Below are positions 9,729 through 19,647 of a stretch of 64,000 bases of DNA, piece after piece (positions within the stretch are counted from its first letter, which is position 1; each line of letters begins with the position of its first letter). A program made the position numbers and the translations under genes. The stretch lies in NCBI GenBank assembly GCA_043821645.1, contig JBDRCO010000037.1, positions 64,001 to 128,000 of the forward strand, in the 5' to 3' direction. The notes under the pieces were generated by a model. That model made no database searches, was not told the origin of the DNA, and worked only from the letters and a program-made list of their open reading frames with translations. This DNA comes from Pseudomonadota bacterium. Its GTDB lineage: Bacteria; Myxococcota; JACRCW01; JAFGSX01.

Positions 9729-11552
9729 CTACCGACGTCGACGCTCTCTCAACCCGACGACGAGCGCCGCGATCCAGAGCCTCACCCACCCGGGCGTCGC
9801 CTGACCAGAGCAGCTGCAACCCGTCTGGCCATCGCTTTCGCCGGAAGTGCTGGCCTCGATGTCGGCAGGGGGCACGTCGCCGGCGCTGTGTGCGTCGAGA
9901 ACCACGTCGGCTGCTGCCGTGACATCGCTGCTGCCGTCAGCTGATGAAGCATCGGCTCTGTTCGTATCGGCCGTGATCGTGTCAGGTCTGGTTGCGTCTG
10001 CCGCCACCCCCGCATCCGGGGCGACCGTGGCGTGCACGCTGACCCGGAGCGTGCCGTCGAGGGGGCCGCCACCGGAGGGCGAGTCCGCGAACCAGGCCAC
10101 GCCCTCCTGTACCAGCCCGAGCTGCAACTCGAAGTCCCCGGGGCCTGGTGCTCGCAGCGCGAAGATGAAGCGACCCACCTGGCCAGGTGGAGTGGCATTG
10201 TCGACCGCGGTGATGCGGTGCGATGCGATCCAGTCCGGGGCTGCCAGCGATGAACTGCCGTCTCGTGGCATGGGGGCCAGGCGCGTGTTCGCGTCCCAGG
10301 CCATGCGGCCTGTGTTGCGCAGCTCGAACCAGACTGTTGTGGGCTGCCCGTCCACGACGTCGATGGAACCACCGCCCGCGGCGCCCAGCGACGAAGCCTC
10401 CGGCGTGGCCTGGTAAAACTCAGCCCAGCACCAGGCCGTGCCGAGACCGGACACGCAGGGGAGGCCGAAGCCTGCACAGTCTCCCTCGCTGTACACGCCG
10501 TCGGTACAGAAGCCGATGGCTGTGTTGCCCGCGCACACCGCTTGCTGTCCTCCGTTGGTGCAGCGCGGGTCCACGCAGTAGGCGAACTGCTCCTTCTGCT
10601 CGCAACGCAGACCGTAGTAGCCGCAATCGCCCACGCCCCGGTCGAGTCCACCGGTGCAGGTGCGCATGTTGGTGTTGTCTGTGCACACCCGGGAGTTCTC
10701 GGCTCCGACGCAGGTCGCGTCGGTGTGGTCGGCGACCATGATCCCCAGGTGGTTTGCCACGATGCGCTCGCCACCGTCCGAGGGCGTGTTCTGCACGGCG
10801 CCGTGTATCACCAGAGTGCTGCTGCCGCCGCCATCGTTGTTCATGGCGTTGTAGGCGCCGAACTCGAGCATCACGGCCGTCAGCTCGGCGAAGTTCATAC
10901 CCGCGGCGCCGGCGCGGCGTCCGTCCACCACGAGCAAGATCAGGGTCGCACCGTCCTGACTCAGGCCTATGGCCGTGCGTGGGTTGCGTTGCTGGTAGTA
11001 GGCCGGCGAATAAGACTGCCCGACGCCATTGATCACCAGCAGGTCCTGCATGCCGCCCACCGCGTTGTGCCAGCGCGGGTTGTTGGCCTCGAGGTTGCCC
11101 CACGGGTTGAAGCCGCAGCGTTTGTTGACGTCGCAGGCGAAGAAAGACCAAACATCCGTGTCGTCGCGCCACTTCCAGCCATCCCCCACCGCCAGACCGA
11201 GGGGCTCGTATGCGTTCCAGTTGTCGGCGTCCCACAGGTCGCCGTTGATGGCGACGGTGGCGCCCACGCTGCTGGCCCAGGCGCTGGTGCGTTGTCCGTT
11301 CTGACCCGGGCCCGTGGCGCGCAGCCAGATCTCGGGTCGTCGCAGATCGATGCGCATGACGTGGTAGTCCTGGGACCCTGTCACGCGGTGCAGGTGCTCG
11401 ATGCCCGGCGCCACGGTGGTCCAGGTGTCGGTGGCTCTGGCGGCAGGGACGGCCAGGACGGTCAGCGCGAGCGCCACAAGAGCGTGGCGAGGGCGATCAG
11501 GGCACTTCCTGCCGACCTTGTGTGCTGCGGGAGCGCGCCCCGATCTGTGCAT
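9729..11552 (-). CDS. Phosphodiester glycosidase (NAGPA-like) family protein with Cys-rich region, NBR1-Ig-like domain and MYXO-CTERM-like tag
   Basis: Motifs AINGD, NPRTAIG...LLVVDGR and MNNDGGGSSTL. The Ig-like part reads VWFELRNTG..AW...PGQVGRF. The C-terminus is GCSCS + hydrophobic helix + RRRR. Start is uncertain; the signal peptide ends ARA-T. Confidence 0.85.
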   Translation of the reverse strand: MHRSGRAPAAHKVGRKCPDRPRHALVALALTVLAVPAARATDTWTTVAPGIEHLHRVTGSQDYHVMRIDLRRPEIWLRATGPGQNGQRTSAWASSVGATVAINGDLWDADNWNAYEPLGLAVGDGWKWRDDTDVWSFFACDVNKRCGFNPWGNLEANNPRWHNAVGGMQDLLVINGVGQSYSPAYYQQRNPRTAIGLSQDGATLILLVVDGRRAGAAGMNFAELTAVMLEFGAYNAMNNDGGGSSTLVIHGAVQNTPSDGGERIVANHLGIMVADHTDATCVGAENSRVCTDNTNMRTCTGGLDRGVGDCGYYGLRCEQKEQFAYCVDPRCTNGGQQAVCAGNTAIGFCTDGVYSEGDCAGFGLPCVSGLGTAWCWAEFYQATPEASSLGAAGGGSIDVVDGQPTTVWFELRNTGRMAWDANTRLAPMPRDGSSSLAAPDWIASHRITAVDNATPPGQVGRFIFALRAPGPGDFELQLGLVQEGVAWFADSPSGGGPLDGTLRVSVHATVAPDAGVAADATRPDTITADTNRADASSADGSSDVTAAADVVLDAHSAGDVPPADIEASTSGESDGQTGCSCSGQATPGWVRLWIAALVVGLRERRRR

Positions 11553-11740
11553 CCATCCATCCTTCAACGGATCCTCCGCTCTCTGGCCCACCGCGAAGGG
11601 GTGGCACGCCAAACCAGGCTAGCAACACCGATGTGGCCTGCCGTCGGACAGCGGGAGGAGGGCGTAGGAGCTTTTTTTTAAAGGACGGTTCGAGGAAAGC
11701 TGCGCAGCGCGACGAAAGACTGCTGTCTTTTCCGTGGGTG

Positions 11741-13318
11741 TCAGCCGGTGCGGATTCGACGCCGTCCAGCGAGAAGCGTGACCAGGCTCCCGGCCACCAG
11801 AACCCAAGATGAATCTGAAAGTCGGGTCTCAGCACTGCAGGCACATCCCGCGCCGGTCCTGACCGCCGAGGCGTCGTGGCCCGTCTGCGAATCGGCTGCC
11901 TGAGCGTCCACCTCGACGACAGCGAGGTCGGTGGCGGAGCTGGTGTCCGAGCGTGCTCCCGCGTCGACAGGTGCCAAGCTGTCCTGACCTGGCGCCCCGT
12001 CTGTCGCTATCGAGGCATCCTGGTGCGTCGTCGTCGTGTCCGCCAGGGCCGCGTCCTGGGCTGAGCCCGCATCCGTCCCTGCAGTGGAGCCCGCATGCAC
12101 CTGGGTGGCATCGCAGGGCCCGTCGCCGTCGTATTCCACGGCGCCAAGGTCGGGCTGCCCGTCGCCGCGCAGGTTGGCGCAGAAGTCATCGGGCACGGCG
12201 GCGAGCGTCGTGCCCTGGTTGACGATGGAGCTGCCATCGACGAGTGAAAGGTCAAGGCTGCCGGGGGCAGTGAAGATGCTCCCCAGGCTGGCGCCGGTCA
12301 GGTTGCCCGTCTGGCTCAGGGTTGCGCTGTCACGGCCGCGGATCTGGCCGTTCAGCACGTTGTAGCGAAGGTCGGCCGTGCTGACCGCGAAGCGCACATC
12401 GATGCCCGCGGTGTTGATGAGCGTGTTGTGCAGGATCTGCACGTTGACGCCCTCGTTGACGTAGATGCCAACATCAGCCGGGCAGTTGGCGATGACGTTG
12501 TTGCGCATGATCCCGTTCTGGTGCTCGATGGAACAGTTGCCGTCCTCGCAGATGGGGTCAGGGCTGGAGCCGCCGCCACCGAAAGACAGCCCCAGGCGAA
12601 CCTGACCTGTGTGCAGTTTCTCGCACTCGACCAGGTTGCGCTCGAACAGCCCGTCGCGGGAGTTGCCCTTGAGAAAAGCCGCGTAGCTGACGTTGTCGCC
12701 CTGGCCCTTGGCGTGGTCGTGGATGTGGTTGGCGCGGATCACCCAGCGCCGGCCGCCCACCACGTCGATGGGCGTCACCGGGTTGGAGGTCTGGCGCACG
12801 GTCGTGTTGAAGAACTCGTTGCCCTCGATGAGCACGTCGTCGGGCCAGATGCGGCCTCCCCCCGGGTCCTCAGCGTTGCCCTTGACCTGGGCATTGAAGT
12901 CGCGCACCCGGTTGCCGCGCAGGATGGTGAAGTCCGCCGCCCCGACGACATGAAACGCGTGCTCGCAGTTGTTGTGGTCGGCGCACGCTCCGCGAATGTC
13001 CAGGTTCTCGAAGGTCCAGTGCGGGCCAGAGACCTTGAAACCCTCGACCGCATCGAACTCGATGATGGCGTTGCCGAGCTGGGCGGCCTTGACCACGATG
13101 GGCGCTCCGGTCTGCCCGGCCGCGGTGCACGACAGGTTGTGCCCGATGGCGTAGGTGCCAGCTGCCAGGGTGATGACGTCTCCGGCCTGTGCTCCAGCGA
13201 TGGCGCTGATGAGCTCCGTTGGATCGTGCACGTCGACCGTGGCCGCCAGGGCAGGGCTCCCGGTAACGATGGCCAGGACGACACCCACGGCTGTGAACGG
13301 GTACGCGTACTGTCTCAT
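11741..13318 (-). CDS. Right-handed parallel beta-helix (chondroitinase-B/pectate-lyase-like) protein with MYXO-CTERM-like tag
   Basis: Signal peptide ending ALA-A with a GGAGG RBS. N-terminal AQAGDVITLAAGTY, beta-helix repeats (IEGNEF, IRANHI, FERNLV), PDLGAVEY, and a GCACS-TM-RRR tail. Confidence 0.85.
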   Translation of the reverse strand: MRQYAYPFTAVGVVLAIVTGSPALAATVDVHDPTELISAIAGAQAGDVITLAAGTYAIGHNLSCTAAGQTGAPIVVKAAQLGNAIIEFDAVEGFKVSGPHWTFENLDIRGACADHNNCEHAFHVVGAADFTILRGNRVRDFNAQVKGNAEDPGGGRIWPDDVLIEGNEFFNTTVRQTSNPVTPIDVVGGRRWVIRANHIHDHAKGQGDNVSYAAFLKGNSRDGLFERNLVECEKLHTGQVRLGLSFGGGGSSPDPICEDGNCSIEHQNGIMRNNVIANCPADVGIYVNEGVNVQILHNTLINTAGIDVRFAVSTADLRYNVLNGQIRGRDSATLSQTGNLTGASLGSIFTAPGSLDLSLVDGSSIVNQGTTLAAVPDDFCANLRGDGQPDLGAVEYDGDGPCDATQVHAGSTAGTDAGSAQDAALADTTTTHQDASIATDGAPGQDSLAPVDAGARSDTSSATDLAVVEVDAQAADSQTGHDASAVRTGAGCACSAETRLSDSSWVLVAGSLVTLLAGRRRIRTG

Positions 13319-13399
13319 CTTCACCTCCAGGGCCACGGATTCAAGGCACCACGGGGTCGAGAGCTCGCGGTTCATTCAGGCCGGCTCGGATCGCACTGC

Positions 13400-14008
13400 T
13401 TAGTCCCCGGGCTCCGGCTTCACCTGTGTGGGACCGAGGATCAAGGAGCCCCAGGCGTCTGGCAGGATGTTTGCGGCATTGCCCTCGTCGGCGTCCAGGT
13501 GCATGTCCAGGCGGTACGAGGAGTTCACGCGCACCAGCACGTCGTCGAAGATGATGCCGCGCTCACCACTGACCCGCACCATGACCCACTGCTTGTCCTT
13601 GACGCCGAAGCGAATCGCGTCCTCCGGGTGCATGTGGATGTGGCGCTGGGCCTGGATCACACCGTGCTCCAGTTCGACCTTTCCGGCGGGGCCGATGAGC
13701 GTTAGCCCGGGAGTGTTCTCGGTCTTGCCCGAAGCACGAATGGGCGCGTCGATCCCCAGGGCAAACTCGTCGGTGCGGGAGATCTCGACCTGGGTCTCCG
13801 GTCGTGCGGGCCCCAGCACGCGGACCTTGTCGATCCGACTCTTGGGGCCCTGGATGGCCACGACTTCCTCGCACGCAAACTGGCCTGGCTGGCTCAGGTC
13901 GCTGCGACGGGTCAGTTGCCGGCCTGTACCGAACAGGGCCTCGACGTGGGCCTGGCTCAGATGGACGTGGCGCACGCTGACGCTGATGGGAATGCGAAAT
14001 TCCTTCAT
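13400..14008 (-). CDS. pduL: Phosphate propanoyltransferase / phosphotransacylase PduL
   Basis: Motifs SVRHVHLS, LSQPGQFA, VRVLGP.R..TQVEIS.TD, RHIHM and MHLDADEGNAA. The ATG at 14008 has an AGGAGG RBS; the longer 765-aa ORF in the track is an antisense extension. Confidence 0.93.
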   Translation of the reverse strand: MKEFRIPISVSVRHVHLSQAHVEALFGTGRQLTRRSDLSQPGQFACEEVVAIQGPKSRIDKVRVLGPARPETQVEISRTDEFALGIDAPIRASGKTENTPGLTLIGPAGKVELEHGVIQAQRHIHMHPEDAIRFGVKDKQWVMVRVSGERGIIFDDVLVRVNSSYRLDMHLDADEGNAANILPDAWGSLILGPTQVKPEPGD

Positions 14009-14116
14009 GGCAGGCCTCCTGGCCGGAGCATGATAGCGCCTGTTCGCGTCGTGCACAGTCCCTGCTCGCACCAAGCCCACGCGACGCGGTACAGATATCC
14101 CCGTGGAGTGTGGAAC

Positions 14117-16162
14117 ATGCCGACGCTTCATCGCACCACCTGCGCCCACGATTGTCCCGGGAGCTGCGCGCTCCTGGTCGAGATCGAGGGCGATCAGCTG
14201 CTCTCGGTCCGCGGTGATCCCGCGCACGCACTCACCCGGGGTGTGATCTGCGGCAAGGTGCGCCGCTATGCCGAGATCGTCGACGGGCCGCGGGTCGCGC
14301 GACCCCTGCTCCGAGAAGGGCCCAAGGGCAGCGGACGCTTTCGCGAAGCGACCTGGGACGACGCCCTGCAGCACATCGTGGACGGACTCGAGCGAGCCGT
14401 CCGCGCGCACGGCGCGTCGAGCGTGTTGCCCTACTACTACGGAGGCACCCTGGGGTTGGTGCAGCAGAAGGCCATCGAACGGCTCGCCCATCGAGCAGGC
14501 TGGTCCCGGCTCGAGCGCAGCCTGTGCTTTGCTATCGCCGACGCGGGCTGGAGTGCTGGCGTCGGTCGCATGCTCGGGCCGCGGCCCGAGGAGATCGCCC
14601 ACAGCGATCTGGTTCTGCTGTGGGGGATCAACGCGGTGTCGACGCACATCAGCCTGATGTCCCACGTCAAGCACGCGCGATCCCGGGGGGCTCCTCTCGT
14701 CGTCGTCGATCCGTATCGCACCCGCACGGCCCGCCTCGCAGACCATCACCTGATGCCACGCCCGGGCACGGACGCAGCCCTGGCTTGCGGCCTGATGCAC
14801 GTGCTGCTCGACCAGGGGATGGAGGACAGGGCCTATCTCGCCTCCCGCACGGATTTCAACGCTGAGGTCGAGCGCCATCTGACGAAGTGCACCCCGCCAT
14901 GGGCCAGCGCCATCACCGGCATCGCTGTCGACGAGATCGTGGACCTGGCCCGGCGCTATGGTCGCGCGCAGAGGCCCTTCATCCGCATCGGCGTCGGCAT
15001 GACGCGCCACCGCAACGGGGCGGTCAACCTGCATGCGGTGAGCTGCCTGCCGTCCCTGGTCGGAGCCTGGCCCAAGCATGGGGCCGGCGCGCTCATCGGC
15101 ACCGACGCGGGTTTTTCGGGAATCGTCGACGAGAGAGTCCGGGGCACACGCTGGCGCGATCCGGGCGTGCGCTCCCTCGACATGAGCCAGCTCGGCCGCT
15201 GGCTGTGCGATCCCGCCCTGGCACCACCCGTTGCGGCCTTGCTGGTGTTCAACGCCAATCCCGCGGTGAGTTGCCCGGACCTGGGAACCGTCCACCAGGG
15301 GCTGCAGCGCGAGGACCTGTTCACCGTGGTCCACGAACAGGTGATGACGGACACCGCGAGACTGGCCGACGTGGTGCTCCCGGCCACGACCTTTCTCGAA
15401 CACGATGACCTGTATCGCTCCTACGGCCACTACAGCCTGCAACTTGGACGCGCCGTCCTGACTCCGCGCGGGGAGGCCCGCTGCAACCATGATGTGGTCA
15501 ACGCGCTGGCGCAGCGCCTGGGTCACGACGACGATCTCTTCGCGGGTGATAGCCTGCAACGCATCGATCAGGTGCTGGCCGCATCTGGCCTGCCGGATCG
15601 AGGCTGGTTCGAGACCCACGGCCCCCACGATGTGGGCATGGACGAGGACGTGCTGCATTTTCGTACACGCTTCCCCACCCGCGATGGGCGTTTTCACTTC
15701 ATGCCCGGGTGGTCAGACTCCGCCATGCCGAGGCTGCCCGACCACTGGGCCGTCAACGCCCGCGACGTCGAGGACCCCTCGCGCACTCCACTGGATTTCA
15801 TGGCGCCGCCGGGACACGAGGTCCTCAACAGCACCTTCACCCAGACCGCCACCGCACGTCGTCGTCATGCGCCTCCCACGCTGCTGCTGCACCCGGTGGA
15901 CGCCGCGGCCCGGAACATCGTCGATGGAGACACAGTGCGTGTGTACAACGCGCGGGCCAGCCTGGTGCTGCGAGTCCACCTCACCGACGACGTCACGCCC
16001 GGTCTGTGCCTGTGCGAGACCAACCACCTGGGGCAGGATTTTCCGGGTGGGATGTCGGTCAACGCCCTGGTCGATGCCGCGCGTGTGGCGCCCGGCGGCG
16101 GCCCGGCTTTTCACGATAACCGGGTGCAGGTCTCGCGCCTGGCGCCTGGAGCGAAGGTGTGA
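14117..16162 (+). CDS. Molybdopterin-dependent oxidoreductase (DMSO-reductase superfamily, YoaE/MopB_3-like), cytoplasmic
   Basis: N-terminal 4Fe-4S motif CAHDCPGSC...ICGK, then WGIN, PRPGTDAALA, TDTARLADVVLPATTFLE, and a C-terminal dinucleotide-binding domain (LLHPVDAAARNI..GD.V). No Tat signal. Confidence 0.92.
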   Translation: MPTLHRTTCAHDCPGSCALLVEIEGDQLLSVRGDPAHALTRGVICGKVRRYAEIVDGPRVARPLLREGPKGSGRFREATWDDALQHIVDGLERAVRAHGASSVLPYYYGGTLGLVQQKAIERLAHRAGWSRLERSLCFAIADAGWSAGVGRMLGPRPEEIAHSDLVLLWGINAVSTHISLMSHVKHARSRGAPLVVVDPYRTRTARLADHHLMPRPGTDAALACGLMHVLLDQGMEDRAYLASRTDFNAEVERHLTKCTPPWASAITGIAVDEIVDLARRYGRAQRPFIRIGVGMTRHRNGAVNLHAVSCLPSLVGAWPKHGAGALIGTDAGFSGIVDERVRGTRWRDPGVRSLDMSQLGRWLCDPALAPPVAALLVFNANPAVSCPDLGTVHQGLQREDLFTVVHEQVMTDTARLADVVLPATTFLEHDDLYRSYGHYSLQLGRAVLTPRGEARCNHDVVNALAQRLGHDDDLFAGDSLQRIDQVLAASGLPDRGWFETHGPHDVGMDEDVLHFRTRFPTRDGRFHFMPGWSDSAMPRLPDHWAVNARDVEDPSRTPLDFMAPPGHEVLNSTFTQTATARRRHAPPTLLLHPVDAAARNIVDGDTVRVYNARASLVLRVHLTDDVTPGLCLCETNHLGQDFPGGMSVNALVDAARVAPGGGPAFHDNRVQVSRLAPGAKV

Positions 16163-16908
16163 GGTCCTTGCGCTCCCCGCGCCCTGGCACGCACCTGAGG
16201 CGCTGGCTGCGCGCGCCCTCGACCGTTCGTGGCGACGAGGAACGGGACCCGGGCGCATGGGACCGCTGGCTGCTGCGCCTGCTGGATCCGCGGCGTGTGC
16301 TGCTGGTTGGTGACGTACTGGTCGACCGGCGGGTGTTACGACAGAGCTTCGCCTGCGTGTCCCGTCGCTGCATCGGTGCAGATCGCGGGGACCTTCGGAG
16401 CTGCTGTGCGGATCTGGCGGTGCCCCTGAGCGACCCGGAGCGAGGCCACTTGCAGCGACACCAGCAGCTCCTGGCTCGGCACCTGTGGCGCCACGAGCCT
16501 GGACTGAGACCCTGGCTCGACGCGAACCCGCGTGCCCGTGAGCTGTTCATCGAGCCTGGAGGCGTTCTCGCGCGACCCCATGGCCGCTGCGTGTTCTCGC
16601 GCGTCGGGAGCGATGGGGCCATTCGCTGCCGCCTGCGCGCCGTGGCACGATCTGCCGGGCTTCCGCGTCTGACATTGCAGCCCTTGAGCTGCGCCCTGTT
16701 CCCGCTGGTGGTGGTCGAGACCAGCCCTGGCCGCCTGCTGCTGTCCCTGGTGACGACGGACAATCATCGACTGCTGGGTCAACCCGCCCCACGGCACTTT
16801 CCGTGCCTGTCCGACCCCTTGCTGCCGCCGCTGGTCGAGAGCGTGCGTGGGGACCTTGCCCTGCTGTTCGGCAGGGAATTCGCCCTCGCGCTGGCAAAGC
16901 AGGCTTGA
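16159..16908 (+). CDS. DUF3109-like cysteine-cluster protein
   Basis: Cys pattern FAC...C...SCC...PL...CVF...CRL...PLSCALFP. GTGA overlap with the oxidoreductase stop. Confidence 0.7.
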   Translation: MRSLRSPRPGTHLRRWLRAPSTVRGDEERDPGAWDRWLLRLLDPRRVLLVGDVLVDRRVLRQSFACVSRRCIGADRGDLRSCCADLAVPLSDPERGHLQRHQQLLARHLWRHEPGLRPWLDANPRARELFIEPGGVLARPHGRCVFSRVGSDGAIRCRLRAVARSAGLPRLTLQPLSCALFPLVVVETSPGRLLLSLVTTDNHRLLGQPAPRHFPCLSDPLLPPLVESVRGDLALLFGREFALALAKQA

Positions 16909-16980
16909 GCTTCAGGTCTCGGAGCCGTGCAAAGACGTCCGGCCTCAGCAAGCGGGGCGCAGGTGGCGTCGAGAACTCTG

Positions 16981-19260
16981 TCAGCGACGGGAGTGGCGGC
17001 GAAGGACGAAGATCAGGGCCAGTGTCAGAACAAGTGTGGCCGGGGTACCTGCTGTGGACTGGGCGCAGCCGCAGCCACCAGCGTCGGGGTCAATCTTTGC
17101 GGCGCCCGAGTCCTGCCCCGTCACTGTCGCGTCGACGCCGACCACACTTGAATCCAGGCCCGTCATCGTGTCCGTGCCGGTGCTACTGTCCTGATCCGTG
17201 GCAGAATCCGCGGTCGTCGCAGCATCCGCGACCGTCGTGGCATCCGTACCCGTGAAGGTGTCCATGCCGGTCGCAGCATCTGTCCCCATCGCGGTGTCCG
17301 TTCCGACACCGGCATCGCTGCTCGTCGAGCTGTCACGGCCGGTCGAGGCGTCGACCGCGCTGCTGGCATCTGTCCCCACCCCTGCATCCTGCCCCATGGC
17401 CGCGTCAGCGCCTGCGCCTGTATCTGAGCCTGAGCTTGCGTCGCTGGCCACGGCCGCGTCTGTCGCGGTCCCGGCGTCCGCCACGCTGGCATCCGCGCCG
17501 GTCGCGGCATCCGAGCCTGAAGCAGCGTCCAGCCCAGCTCCTGCGTCCGCCGCCGGATCTTCGACCAGGGTGCTGGCGCTGGCGCTGTTGTTGGCTTTGT
17601 TGGGTTCAAGGCCCGTGGCCGTGACCGCAACACTGACATCGAGATCACCCGCCGTCTGTGGTGTGACCACCAGCCGCATCATCCAGGTCGCACCGGCCGT
17701 GAGTGTACCGATGGTGCAGGTGGTCCCGGCGCAGGACCCACTGCCTGACACCAGGCTCAGGGACGCGGTCAAACCACCCGGGACAGTCGCCGCGACGCTG
17801 GCCTGGGAGCCGTCCTCGGGACCGGTGCTGTGCACGGTGATGTCGTAGCCGGCGTCGTTCCCCAGCAACACCGGATCCGCATCCTCGGTGATGGTGATCT
17901 GGGCGTCGAAGCCGCGACCCTCCAGGGCTCCGATATCGACGTGGGCACCCAGGATGCGAGCCTGGCCGTTCAGGTCGTTCGTGCCAAGTCCGGCTGCCGG
18001 ACTGTCGTTCCCGGTGTCGATGGCCGGCGAGCCGGGCAGGGGCACGTAGTTGCCCTGAATGCGATCGGTGAACAGGGGGTCCACCCCGACCAGGCTGTGG
18101 TCCGCGCTCGGGCAGCCCGTCAGATCGTCGGTGCCATTGCCATGCACCAGCACATTGGCCAGCGAGGTGGTCCCCGAGGTGCTGCTGCACAGCGCAGCCA
18201 GTCCGCCGTTGTCGGCGATGGTCAGGTTCACCAGATCGAGGCTACATGTGGTCGAGACCTGGCTCAGACCCAGACCCCGGGTGTTGCCCTTGACCACGGA
18301 GGAGTCGCGCAGGAGCACGCTCAGGTTGCCAAGCCCCGGGAGGTGGATCTGATTGCCGTCGGTATTGGCGTCGTCGTCATTGGCTGAGAACAGAACCCGC
18401 TCCACGGTCAGTGAACCGTTGTTGCCACCGCCGCCGCCCACGCTCAGACCGCTGCCTCGGCTGGACGTGATCTGTCCGGAGATGGCGTTGTCTCGCACGT
18501 ACATCTGCGACAGCGTGCCCTGGGCGGTACCGTCCAGGGAGACGAACAGTCCCGCTCCTGCGGCCAGGCTTGCCAGGTGGGTGGAATCGCCGAGGAGAAT
18601 GGAATTGCCCGCGACACCTTCGCCACCGATGCTGAACGAACTGGCGTCCGATGCGCTGATGTACACCCCGGCGCCCAGGCCCTGGACCGTGGCATCGGCG
18701 TTCTCGATCGTGTTGCCGGCAAACCAGCTTCGCAGCGCCGTGAGATTCGCGGTGTCCCCGAGCACGGCATACAGGCCAGCACCTGCGCTGGTGGCCTGGT
18801 TGGCCATCAGCCATACCTCCTCGAGCATCACGGTGCCCGCACCCCGCGCATGCACCCAGATGCCACCGCCCTGAGTTGCCAGGCCTTCGCGGAGGGTCAA
18901 TTGCTTGACCGTGACGTCGGTGCCCACCACGTCCAGGTGCAGCACCGTGTCCGAGCTGCCACCGGAGATCACCGTCATCGAACTGTCGTTGGAAGCAAAG
19001 CTGAACTGGTTGTCCCAGCCGCCGCTGATGTGCAGGGTGCCCGCCGTGAAGGTGTCCGGTACGACAAGGTTCTCAGTGTATTCGCCCTGCTCGATAAGCA
19101 CGTTGCCGCCACCGTCGGCAATGGCCGCGGCGAGGCCCTCGGCGACGGTCGCATAGGTTCCGTCTGCACCAACCGTGAAGTCCGCAGCACTGGCCGGGTT
19201 GGGCAGGGCGAGAATACCCGTCACGCCCAGGACCGTGAGAACTCGTGTCTGTGTGTTCAT
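16981..19260 (-). CDS. Secreted beta-helix / choice-of-anchor-Q / DUF11 protein with Asp-periodic stalk and MYXO-CTERM-like tag
   Basis: Signal peptide ending ASA-A, GGGIW repeats, DPLF...GSPAIDTG...DLNGQAR...DIGALE, DUF11-like (YDITVHSTGP...NKANNSAS), and a GCGCA-TM-RRHSRR tail. Confidence 0.85.
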   Translation of the reverse strand: MNTQTRVLTVLGVTGILALPNPASAADFTVGADGTYATVAEGLAAAIADGGGNVLIEQGEYTENLVVPDTFTAGTLHISGGWDNQFSFASNDSSMTVISGGSSDTVLHLDVVGTDVTVKQLTLREGLATQGGGIWVHARGAGTVMLEEVWLMANQATSAGAGLYAVLGDTANLTALRSWFAGNTIENADATVQGLGAGVYISASDASSFSIGGEGVAGNSILLGDSTHLASLAAGAGLFVSLDGTAQGTLSQMYVRDNAISGQITSSRGSGLSVGGGGGNNGSLTVERVLFSANDDDANTDGNQIHLPGLGNLSVLLRDSSVVKGNTRGLGLSQVSTTCSLDLVNLTIADNGGLAALCSSTSGTTSLANVLVHGNGTDDLTGCPSADHSLVGVDPLFTDRIQGNYVPLPGSPAIDTGNDSPAAGLGTNDLNGQARILGAHVDIGALEGRGFDAQITITEDADPVLLGNDAGYDITVHSTGPEDGSQASVAATVPGGLTASLSLVSGSGSCAGTTCTIGTLTAGATWMMRLVVTPQTAGDLDVSVAVTATGLEPNKANNSASASTLVEDPAADAGAGLDAASGSDAATGADASVADAGTATDAAVASDASSGSDTGAGADAAMGQDAGVGTDASSAVDASTGRDSSTSSDAGVGTDTAMGTDAATGMDTFTGTDATTVADAATTADSATDQDSSTGTDTMTGLDSSVVGVDATVTGQDSGAAKIDPDAGGCGCAQSTAGTPATLVLTLALIFVLRRHSRR

Positions 19261-19458
19261 GTTGTTCCCCATCCAGGCCGTCCGCTGGACTTGTGTCATC
19301 GCTGCAGGCCTGAGGGCGAATCTAGGCTGCAGGCCGAGAAATTCCACGGACTTTTTGCGGGAGAGTGGGGGGGACTCGAAGCCGTGCCGGATCAGGGCAT
19401 CCTGGTGTCGGGCACCCGGGCGATGCGTCCGGAAGTCTCGCCTGACTGGGGGACAGGC

Positions 19459-19647
19459 TCAGGCGCGGAGCAGGGTATACAGCTCCTGTGCCTCGGGGAT
19501 AGTGAAGCCGCTCTCGAGCAGCACGGCAAAGAAACCAGAGAACTCAAGCCTGCGCTCGGCCACGAAACTCTCGAGCTGCGCCAGGACTGCGCGGTGCTCG
19601 GTGATCCGGTGCAGAAGCTGCTTCCAGTTCAGGCTCGAGGTCTTCAT
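19459..19647 (-). CDS. Small hypothetical protein (62 aa)
   Basis: ATG preceded by GGGGA. The sequence looks like an amphipathic helix and fills an otherwise empty gap. Confidence 0.45.
   Translation of the reverse strand: MKTSSLNWKQLLHRITEHRAVLAQLESFVAERRLEFSGFFAVLLESGFTIPEAQELYTLLRA

Noticed and set aside
11660..11735. T-run and short inverted repeat (AAAGAC-TGCT-GTCTTT) as a terminator or riboswitch
   Set aside because: The T-run is on the strand opposite the flanking genes and has no adjacent stem. No aptamer consensus was recognised.
14009..15697. 765-aa minus-strand ORF suggesting a large PduL fusion
   Set aside because: The extension is antisense to the Mo-oxidoreductase. PduL has its own ATG and AGGAGG RBS at 14008.
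19355..19385. Minus-strand TTCGAGTCCCCCCC resembling a tRNA T-loop/3' end or att site
   Set aside because: There is no T-stem pairing, no cloverleaf, no CCA and no integrase nearby.
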